A program made the position numbers and the translations under genes. Of a stretch of 64,000 nt of DNA, positions 27,640 through 38,140 are shown piece by piece. This DNA comes from Eledone cirrhosa (Eukaryota). The notes beneath the pieces are model-generated. The model ran no database searches, was not told the origin of the DNA, and saw only the letters and a list, made by a program, of their open reading frames with translations. The stretch covers positions 347,200,001 through 347,264,000 of the forward strand of contig OZ024741.1 in assembly GCA_964016885.1 (NCBI GenBank). The letters run 5' to 3'. Positions within the stretch are counted from its first letter, which is position 1. Each line of letters begins with the position of its first letter.

Positions 27640-28950
27640 TTAGTAAACCTAAGCATTGGCAGATACATCCACATTTCTTGTTCAGAGTTTTCATATAGAT
27701 GTGGGGTTCAAATACAATTTCGTGGTTTGTGTAGTATTTGTATTTTATTAATGATGAAGGTGAACATTTAGCATAGAACCATGTGAATGTGTGTTTGGGA
27801 ATATCTGAAAATGGAGTTCTGCAACTATAAAGTAAGACATTTCACTTGTATAAGTACGAAGCTTGAATATGATAGTTTAATGAGCATTGAAGTTTGGAAT
27901 CATCTACAACATGTCAGGGAAGGTTTTTCCGACCATTGAAATATGCCAGTTACAATACTGTGTGTCACAGCGATATATTAAAGCAGAAGCCAGGATGGGC
28001 TAACCTAAAGTGAACGCACAGGCAAAGGCTTTAAAAGACTATGGAATTACCATCATGGCTGAAACCAGTAACTATATACATGTATCAATCCAGGCCAATA
28101 AATTAAACTGCATTTATCAGATGTTACATTCATATGTATATCACAGCTAATAAGTAATCGACGTAGAACAGTGCATTCCAACAAATTTCTCAATTGGAAT
28201 AACGTGCGGCATATGGTACCTCTTACAATCAGTTGTCTCCTCATAGTGTCTTTCATCTCTCGACCACAAAGTGGAGTAAATCAGATAATCCTGAGTGCCC
28301 ACTCTACCAGGTAAACAGACAGGAGAACAGAGTCTAAGCACATGCAGATAACACTAGCACAAGGAGATGCACGTGGAGGTAAATTAAATGCTAAAGGAGA
28401 TCATAAATTTCATATGTACGATAAAACTAAAGTCAGTAGCACCAGAATATCCAGCATTCTTCACGTTAGGAGGAAGCAAATCATGGTCAGGAACAGCTTT
28501 GCTATACAGGACAAGGGAGTGTAATATTTCGGGTGGTGCTGATGACTAGAAGTGTACTGCTGACGTCCCAGGATCGGCTAAAAAACAAGAAATCATGAAG
28601 AAGAGTAACGCGAGGCCGGATATCTTACTCCATGTGATATTCATTGAACTCCTCAAGCCATAGAAGATGCACATATATCAAGACCGTACCCCAGTTTTGC
28701 CAACAGCCCGGGGTAAGCCAGCATCTGGATGAATCTCTTTGCCGTAGAACATAGATCTAAATGTTTTGTGGACAAGTCTTCCTATAACCTCATGAAACAA
28801 CTTTCAGTCACCGGGAAGAACAGGAACAAAGCCTTTAAGGTAATATAAAACGTGGTGGAGATGATTTGCAGCTGTAGCTGGTCAAGGAGGAACACACACG
28901 ACTTCCATGCTGTTGGAAGTCATTGTGTTTGCATTTTAACGTACGCTAAG
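27640..28950 (+). mobile_element. Decayed RLE-type non-LTR element (Hero/NeSL-like) C-terminal fragment
   Basis: RPDILL..VIFIEL, FAVE, LAQG..TWR-like motifs across frames. Strongly decayed. Confidence 0.5.
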
Positions 28951-30179
28951 TGAGATAAACCTGAGTAAGTGAGATACACATGAGTCATTGTTGCAGTGTT
29001 GCTGAAGACAGTGGATATGTTGACGATCACAGGTTCCTTGACTAACAAATTTATTCTTCCAAAAGCGTTGAAATATAACTTCAAAATCAGGGGCATGGGA
29101 GTGGAATTTCAGCTAGGTCAAGGCACGAAAATCTCCATATGGTTTAAATACACAAGTCTCCGCTATCCAAGTGGCTAAATGTCTGCAGAAGAGCACCCAG
29201 GAGGCATCACTTTGATACAGACCCGCCTCCCATGTGTGTAAGTAGCTAAAAACCGAAAGACTTGCATGAATGACTTTCCTTTCTGAAGACCTACTGCTAT
29301 CCAGCTCTCCTGAGTATTTATCAACACTGTAAGCATACATAAAGAAATATATAGAGATATGGTCAAAACACTCACGCTCACACATAAGAAATTCAAACAC
29401 ACACACACATACACACACACACACGCACACACACACACAAGCACACAAATAAACACACATATCTTTACTTTCTTTATTCAATAGAAAATCTGAATTCTGA
29501 CGCCCCAGCGAACTAACCATATTCACTGAACCAGAAAAATTCTCCCATCCCTTTTTCTTGACCATTATCTTTTTATCATAAAATTCTCTAAAAAGGCTAG
29601 AGAATGGATTTCTAAAGAAGGGCACAAAAATTTAATGAAAATTTGTTCACGTGACAGCCATAATTTCATTTATAACCAACCAAAAAAAAGTCTTCGTGAG
29701 CTTCCTTTTTTCAAGTAAAAAGAAATTCAAACACTCATATATGAAAAAACAACCTGTCACAACCCCCCTCCCCTCTTATTTGAAGAACTATTGTAACGCG
29801 AACTGGCGCGAAATTTATTATAATTATTGACAAACCAATCAAATTACTTCTCGAAAAACCTGGCATTTCGAGCCACTCATTCCATATAAAACAAGTAACA
29901 TTCAGAGACCAACCAGATGTGAGAAAAACCACAGACCCTCCATCTCAACTCACCTTTTGAAAAGCAGAAGAACTGCGAAACCGGTAAAGGAACCAAATAT
30001 ACTTTATACTTTCACTCGTGTAGGACACCTCGGTTATTTTTCATTTTGTAAAAAAAACCCTCACTTTCTAATATATATATTATATATATATATAAAATTT
30101 CAGGTTATCAATAATGTAGTGATAATATATCGTTACGTTAGAGATGAACAGCGTACGTGCAGGTTTGCTCAACGAGTAT

Positions 30180-32245
30180 AAATTATATTCCGGAGAAATG
30201 TAGAAAGGATGAATATAAAATGAAAGTGCTTTTGTTAAAAAAGGAATTTATTAGGTATTGACATATGTTTCTGTAACAGACCGAATACCTATGTATCGCT
30301 GCTTGCGTAATCATATAATGTTAGCAAGTATTCGATAGCAAATGTATAATCAGCTGTCACTTCTTCAGAGATTTTGGATAAACTGGATAAAATCAGAAAA
30401 ATTGAAGTATTTATATTAGTAAAAGAGGAAGGAACAGAGGGGATAGTATATGACAGATGGTAAAATAATTTACTGCTAAACAAGTATATAATGGGTTTTT
30501 AATGAGAATACCATGAGTACATCTAATTAAGAATTTTGGGAGTGCCAATTTTAATCTCTACTTGACCAACTGGACAGTGGACAGGGCTGGTCATTCGGTG
30601 CAGTAGTATTAATTATAAAGTGTCAATTGGGGAAGGGGGAGATTTCGATTGCTACTAAATAACATCAATGCTAGTAGCCAGCTGGTATATGCATTAGGGA
30701 ATTGAATCAAGAAATCAGAAATCTCATTTTATCTATAGCAGTTTGTATTAAAAGGTAAATAATAGAAGAGTTGATAGAATTAAGACTAATAAAGAATGTT
30801 CATATCTATTTTGACAATCAAACGGGGATAGAGACAGGCGTTCAATCCTGGTAGTATTTATAATATGAAAATGTAGATTTTAAGCGATGGTTACAGTATA
30901 ACGATCGCTCTATTCTGTTATTTAATAAAATGTTTTTTGATTTCATAATACAAAATAATTCTACATTACATAATTTACAAAATTCCTGTCCTTGGGGTTA
31001 TGGGGGGGGGGGGGGGGGGGGCAGCCGCTATTATATCCCATTTTAGGTGAAATTGTTGGTTATTTTCACGCAGCTGCCAAGCCTTGTCTGCGAGTGTTGT
31101 TACATAACGCTGGTTTTCATGTTTTATCGAATAACGATGTCTATAAAGGCGTGATTTGAAGGGGGTGGCTGTAGATCCCACATAGTACCACTTCTGTCTA
31201 TCCGATTCGATAGTACATTTGTATACGATGTTGCGTTCAAGACACTGATTGTTCAACGGACACATTCCTGGTTGGACACAGTTGCAATTATAATTTTGCG
31301 TTGTTGTATTGCCATGGATGGGTTGATGAGGTTGCTTATGTAGGACAGGATGTTGTTTGTTGTTTTGTGATGTTATAGCTAATGTTTTACGTGTATTGTT
31401 ATGTGTTGGAAGGCGTTTATACAACCGTTTTGCGTTAAGCTTTTATATATGTTGTTCAATATTAGGGGCGGTTGAATATGAAAGTCGAATAGTGTTAGGG
31501 TTTAAGATTTTATTATATTTATGTAATGTTGGAAAGTGTTTTCTAACTAATCGAAAGAATTTTGAGGGTAGATTGGTTTTAATAGATTTGTTATAGACCG
31601 GGTTGTACCAGATATACTCCTTACATCGCCTTCTGTTTGGTGGTGTGCGACTATTATTGTGTCTATTGCGGTAGTGTATGTATGGTGGTGATTCTGTGCT
31701 ATTTCTACTCCTATGTGATTTATTTTGGGTGTTTTGGTGATCTTTGACTATATACTCTATATTATCTAGGTGACCGGCTTTCCTAAGTGCATCATCATAA
31801 TACTCGGCATGTTCTTTGAGGTTTGTTGGTTGGACGATAGGCGGGAGATCCTAAGAGAAACATTTCTAGGGATGGATTTAATTATAAAGAGTGGATGGTT
31901 AGAACTCGTATTTACATATTTAAGGTTCTCATTTAGTTTATGGAACGGTTTAATCGTATCTGTATTGAGATTGAAAGTAACATCAAGGAAATTGACCTCT
32001 TTGAGGTTATATTCAACTCGTATTTACCTCTTTGAGGTTATATTCAACTCGTATTTACATATTTAAGGTTCTCATTTAGTTTATGGAACGGTTTAATCGT
32101 ATCTGTATTGAGATTGAAAGTAACATCAAGGAAATTGACCTCTTTGAGGTTATATTCAAATGTAATATTTAATCCTAGTTCCTTAAAAAGCTTTCTGATA
32201 TTTTTACGCATCCTTTCTAAATTCTGGTTATTCATATGCTTATAT
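30180..32245 (-). mobile_element. Naiad-type PLE, second family, 5'-truncated
   Basis: LFKELGLNITFE..EVNFLDVTFNL, WYNP, CNC..GMCPLNNQCL..NIVYKC..YVGST..FKSR..H (GIY-YIG). HHR near the 3' end. Confidence 0.9.
30255..30375 (-). ncRNA. Type-I hammerhead with ~90-nt stem II (stem I decayed)
   Basis: CTGAAGA-a-GTGACAG...CTGTTAC-a-GAAAC-ATAT-GTC. Inner helices TATCG/CGATA and CTTGC/GCAAG. Confidence 0.7.
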
Positions 32246-32316
32246 ATATATATATAAATTATTAAATATGCTTATATATATATATATAAATTATTCATAT
32301 GCTTATATATATATAT

Positions 32317-33039
32317 ATAAATTATTAAAAAAATAATGAATAAACAAAGAAACAGTTCCTTATATTAAAAAAAATTCATTATTTTACGATCGTTTCTAGG
32401 ATATATATGTGTTAGAATTGGTATGCATATTCTATAGATCTATGTACAATATTTATACAAACTATCAGAGGGAATATACATACCTTCACATATATATGCT
32501 GTCTTCAGAAATAATGATACTTGTTTATTGATAAGAACAAAGATTCAATACAATAGGTCTGTTTGGGAACAGGTTTTGAATTGACCAATCAGGAGATAGT
32601 GAGGGTCAAGATAGTGATACAGTATTAGAAGAACGAAGGTAGATTTCAGTTTTGGATGGAAAAGAGTGTTATGAATGAAGGATTACTTTAGGGAAGAAGT
32701 AGGTCATAAGTTGACCTCAGAAATAATTTTATTTGTTCATTGAATAAAACCAACAAAGATCCAATGTAATAATGGATTACTTTAGGGAAGGAGTAGGTCA
32801 TATGTTGACCTCAGAAATAATTTTATTTTGTTAATTGAATTTAACCAACAAAGATCAAATAAATTCTGTCTGTTTGGTAAGAGGTTTAGAATTAACCAAT
32901 AATTGGCCAAATAGTAAAATAGTAGTAATTGAAACTTATTTTAGGGGTGAAACTAGGTCATGTGGTCAGTAGAAGGTATACAAGCAGTTGCTGTTATAAA
33001 ATAGTGATGCCAATACAAATATCTAAGGTGACCAGAGTC
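32317..33039 (-). repeat. 3' pseudo-LTR of the Naiad element
   Basis: Matches 37005-37726 with about 3 differences seen by eye. Confidence 0.95.
32376..32517 (-). ncRNA. Type-I hammerhead ribozyme with extended stem II
   Basis: TCATTATTT-CTGAAGA-[105 nt rod]-GAAAC-GATC-GTA-AAATAATGA. 9-bp stem I, GUA cleavage triplet. Confidence 0.88.
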
Positions 33040-33216
33040 TTAAGATAAGGATGTTAGTGAAAAAAATACATCTATGAAAAGGATATAAATTAATTTAATT
33101 GATGGGTATATTTATATTGATAAAACTATACTAATACATATAGATATGATAAATAAGAGTTGCATACAGTTGAAAAGTGCTATTAAGGATGCGGGGAAAT
33201 TAAAAGAATATAAAAA

Positions 33217-33218
<2 letters not shown>

Positions 33219-33297
<79 letters not shown>

Positions 33298-33471
33298 TAT
33301 ACCTACATATATATACATACATACACACACACATACATATACATATATATATATATATACACATACATACACATACACACACAAACATATACCCATATAT
33401 ATATATATATATATATATATACGCATATACATATGTACATATACATATGTACATATACATACACACACACC

Positions 33472-33565
<94 letters not shown>

Positions 33566-33700
33566 TATATATACACACACATATATATATACACATATAT
33601 ATATATTTTTACACTCACATACATACACACATACATACATACTTATATACACACACATCCACACTTACATATACATATAATTATTGGGGGGGGGGGGGGG
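33219..33700. repeat. Compound (TA)/(CA) microsatellite plus G-run inside the Naiad 3' UTR
   Basis: Direct inspection. No equivalent tract in the 3' UTR of the copy at 60040-62838. Confidence 0.9.
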
Positions 33701-34267
33701 ATTAAATTTATTAGTGGGAAATAGTAATTATATATAGGTTTCAAGGAACATAGAAACATAACCTGAAGTTAAAGCATTATATATGTTTACTTAATGGTAT
33801 CAGTTTTAGGAAATGATATTTGTAAGAAGGAAAGCCAAATTATGTAGTTCATCATTAGTAGAATATTAATTATAGGTTAACTAAAATAAAAATAGTTCAT
33901 ATATTAATTTCTAAGGTGTATAATAATTAGGTTTATAATATTTAAAGCAGAATTATGTAGTTCATCAGTAGTAGAATATTAATTATAGGTTAACTAAATT
34001 AAAAATAATTACATTTGTTTACTTAATGGTATCAGTTTTAGGAAATGATATTTGTAAGAAGGAAAGCCAAATTATGTAGTTCATCAGTAGTAGAATATTA
34101 ATTATAGGTTAACTAAATTAAAAATAGTTTATATATTAATTTCTAAAGTGTATATTAATTAGGTTTATAGTATTTAAAGCAGAATTTTGTAATTCATCTG
34201 TAGTAGGATATTAATTATAGGTTAACTAAATTAAAATTAATTTATATATTAATTTCTAAAGTGTATA

Positions 34268-36719
34268 TTAATTAGGTTTATAATATTTAAATGTTTTTCT
34301 GAGTTTATGATTACACGATATTATTAATTCCTGTCGCTTATTTAATAGGATATCCTTAGATTTCATTATTTCGAAAAGTTCTTGGGAACACAATCTACAT
34401 TCATTTCTACTATTTTGATAAGGGGTGGCCCTTTTGAGCACACTCCAGGTCAGGTCATATTCTATATTCTCCTTTCTATAACTATTAATTTTTTCAGCTA
34501 GAGATGTTGTATTAGCTAGTGCGGCATTTTTAAAACTATGTTTGTGGGTATTAAATCTTACCTTAAAATTGTTAGAGGTAGCTCCTATATATGAATAAAT
34601 AGAGTCCTTAGTGTTAACTCTACATTTATATATTATGTTATTAACAAGGCAATTTCCTTTTAATGGACAGTTTGCCTTGTTTCTACAGTTACAACTTTTC
34701 GTGAATCCTGTCTCTGAGGAGATCTTATGACTAGTTTGATGTACTGGTGGTATACTTATGGTTTTTTTACATTTATATGCATTATAGGCACTTATATTTT
34801 GTTTTATGTTTTTGGTTGTTGAGTAGGAGAATTTAACTGTTGATCTATTTAAGATTTGATGGTATTTGTGGTTTGGCGGGAACTTTTTCTCTAGGATATT
34901 AAAGAATTTTCTAGGTATATTATCCTTAACTTGTAAATTAAATGGAGCATTATACCAAGTAACTCGTCTATTACGGTTTCTATGTTGTTTATTGTTTTTA
35001 TAGGATGCATCCTGATGTTTACTAGGAGAATTATTGTTAATGACCTCTCCACACACATTTTTAGTTAGATTTATTGATTTAGGTGTTTTAGCTTGTTTAT
35101 TAGGAGTTTTATTATTAACATTTATTAGAGTTGTAGGATGAGTAGTTTTTTGAGAGTTACTATACTGTATATAGAGGAGTTAGAGAAATTTGGTTTTATG
35201 TTGGTATTTTGGGGTATAGTGTGAGTGGCATTTAGGTGTGTACGTTTCATTTGGTGTTTGTTGGTAATATTAGGTTGTATGTTTGTAGTATTATTGGTAG
35301 AAGGTATATATACTAATCTATTTTTGTGGCCACTTCTAGCTAGAGCTTCGTTATAAAAGGTCGCATTTTTATCAAATACATCTTGGTTAGACGAAAGGTT
35401 AGAAATTCTAAGTGATATATTATATGCAAGGTTTTTAAGGATATATTTAGGGTGATTAGATTGTGAGTGTATGTAGTGTAAATTTTGGTTGGGTTTATGG
35501 TAAGGTTGGTAGATACCCGTAGATAAGTCTAATGTTATATCTAGGAAATTAACTACTTTACTTGTGTTTTCAAATGTAATATCTAGACTATAATAGTCTT
35601 TAAGGAAAGTTCTAATAAGCTTTTTATTTTTTTCTATCTCTGAGAGGCTAAGGTTATTGGAAAGATGAAGACAGTCGTCACGATATAAACCACCTTTAAT
35701 GTGGGGAAAGGAAGCATTTATGTTAAAAAGAAGAAAGAGGCCCACAAGATCAGTAATTTGGGCAGAATCGCTTGAGCCCATAGTAATATCAAAAAGATTA
35801 CTATATGTGTTTCTGGTCCAGTATTCATTCTGAAATTCCAGTAGTGTTAGTCTAGCATGTGTAATAATATTAATGTCATCCAAAGTTAAGTTAGATCTAT
35901 TTTTAGCAAATATCAAGGCTTTGTTCAGGAGTATAGGTGATATAGAAGAATAGTAATTATCTATATCAAATTGTAGAAATGAAGCAGAGGATTTATATCT
36001 AATATTATTAAACCAGTTCTTACCTGGGATGTGTTTTCCCAGAGTGGTAAATTAACATGTTTTCTTATTTGTGGGATGACTCTATCTAAAATTTTTTTAC
36101 TAATTATTGCAATATCAGATTTGGAAGGGCATATAAGTCTTATAGAAGGATTAGAGTTAAAGTTTGATTTATGATCTTTCAGGTTGAAGTGTGGTCTTTT
36201 CAATGCCAAAGGTTCAGTTCTATCTTCAATATTAAGTCTATTCACTATGCTGTGTGTTTTGTTGTTGATATTGGTAAGTGACGCATTGTTTGTTTTTCTA
36301 TAATTTTTCCTGAGTTCTTTATATATGAACTCATTGTAATTTTCAATATCCATGTGATATAGGTTTCCAGTTTTTTCCGAGTGGACATGGATTTTTTTAG
36401 ATTTTTTTAGGTCCAATAGGGTAGAATGAAGGTCCTTTTGAAAGTTAGATTTATACCTCTTAAATTTGAGGTGTTTGATTAAATTAAAAAGGTCTTTCTC
36501 AAAGTTTTCAAGTAAAGAGTTGTGTGGTGGATTTTTATATGTCGTGAAATCATACAGATATTTCCTATCTGTATATTTTGATTTTTTATCGAAGTGGTAG
36601 GCCCTCCATCTGACTCTTCTGATAAATTGGTTGGTTTTTTGTATCATAAGAAGTAAGAAATCATCCTTAGAAGGCAATGGTATATTCTTTAAAGAAGTTA
36701 CCAAGTATTGTTTTTCCAT
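34268..36719 (-). pseudogene. Naiad RT-GIY-YIG ORF (about 817 aa when repaired), two -1 frameshifts
   Basis: SLKNIPLPSK, FIRRVRWRA, LKDHK.NF..NPSIRLICP, FDIDNYYSSI, DITMGSSDSAQITDLVGL, GLYRDD, NFLDITLDL, WYNAPF, CNC..CPLKGNC, IYKC..YIGAT, CRLC. Frameshifts at about 36020 and 35172, both in frame in the 60-63 kb copy. Confidence 0.93.
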
Positions 36720-37004
36720 TGTGATATGGATAATGAACAAGAAAAAGGGCTCAACTATTTGTATATGGAGTTATAAAGCCATACACATATATGCATATAT
36801 ATATATATAAATTTACATACACATACAATACAAAAATAAGAATATCCCCGTGAAAATAAGAGCAAAGTATGTAGATAAATCTACCAAAAGTTTACGGTAG
36901 TGTCCAATCCGTATGAAGAACTCAATGTAATCCGGATATCATGAAAAGAGAAGATGCATTCAAAAACTACTTTCGGTGAAAAATAAACGGAAAACAGAGT
37001 CAAG

Positions 37005-37726
37005 ATAAATTATTAAAAAAATAATGAATAAACAAAGAAACAGTTCCTTATATTAAAAAAATTCATTATTTTACGATCGTTTCTAGGATATATATGTGTT
37101 AGAATTGGTATGCATATTCTATAGATCTATGTACAATATTTATACAAACTATCAGAGGGAATATACATACCTTCACATATATATGCTGTCTTCAGAAATA
37201 ATGATACTTGTTTATTGATAAGAACAAAGATTCAATACAATAGGTCTGTTTGGGAACAGGTTTTGAATTGACCAATCAGGAGATAGTGAGGGTCAAGATA
37301 GTGATACAGTATTAGAAGAACGAAGGTAGATTTCAGTTTTGGATGGAAAAGAGTGTTATGAATGAAGGATTACTTTAGGGAAGAAGTAGGTCATAAGTTG
37401 ACCTCAGAAATAATTTTATTTGTTCATTGAATAAAACCAACAAAGATCCAATGTAATAATGGATTACTTTAGGGAAGGAGTAGGTCATATGTTGACCTCA
37501 GAAATAATTTTATTTTGTTAATTGAATTTAACCAACAAAGATCAAATAAATTCTGTCTGTTTGGTAAGAGGTTTAGAATTAACCAATAATTGGCCAAATG
37601 GTAAAATAGTAGTAATTGAAACTTATTTTAGGGGTGAAACTAGGTCAGGTGGTCAGTAGAAGGTATACAAGCAGTTGCTGTTATAAAATAGTGATGCCAA
37701 TACAAATATCTAAGGTGACCAGAGTC
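37005..37726 (-). repeat. 5' pseudo-LTR of the Naiad element
   Basis: Direct repeat of 32317-33039. Confidence 0.95.
37063..37204 (-). ncRNA. Type-I hammerhead ribozyme with extended stem II (5' pLTR copy)
   Basis: Same sequence as 32376-32517. Confidence 0.88.
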
Positions 37727-37829
37727 ATATATATATGTGTGTGTGTATCGAGTACACTGGTGGGTCTGGATCCACTGGCATTTTACCACACCCTTTCTGT
37801 ATATATATATGTATGCACGTGTGTGCCCG

Positions 37830-37899
<70 letters not shown>

Positions 37900-37900
<1 letters not shown>

Positions 37901-38140
37901 CAGGACACTCTTTAACCGCACAGGTTTCTTCTTTAGCGTTCACTCCCAAAGCCCTGCGGCGATGGGAGAGAGGTGGAGTTAACCTCGGGGAGTTGCCGGT
38001 TTGAATCCGGTCTCTTCCCCTGTTTCCACTGTCCCGGGACCTGCAAGTCAAGGATCGGCCTCCACAGCCACCTTCGTGCCCACGGCAGACGGGAACAACA
38101 ATAAAAAAGATGTCATCATCGATAAGATGGACAACCAAGA
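37900..38140 (+). mobile_element. RTE-BovB-like LINE 3' tip
   Basis: FPCFHCPGTCKSRIGLHSHLRAH C2H2 finger, then 3' end TCATCATCGATAAGATGGACAACC. Flanked by microsatellite. Confidence 0.82.

Larger units (their letters stand above)
32317..37726 (-). mobile_element. Near full-length Naiad-type Penelope-like element with tandem pseudo-LTRs
   Basis: Direct repeats 32317-33039 and 37005-37726 flank an RT-GIY-YIG ORF. HHR in each repeat. Confidence 0.95.

Noticed and set aside
33960-34090. CTGATGA cores on the minus strand of the Naiad 3' UTR repeats
   Set aside because: No stem II followed by GAAA and NUH at a suitable position.
34268-36719. Selenoprotein-type Naiad (in-frame UGA at Cys positions)
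   Set aside because: Some Naiads are reported to use Sec, but here the CNC/CPL/C, CRLC and SCNH cysteines are ordinary codons and the ORF breaks are frameshifts, not TGA.
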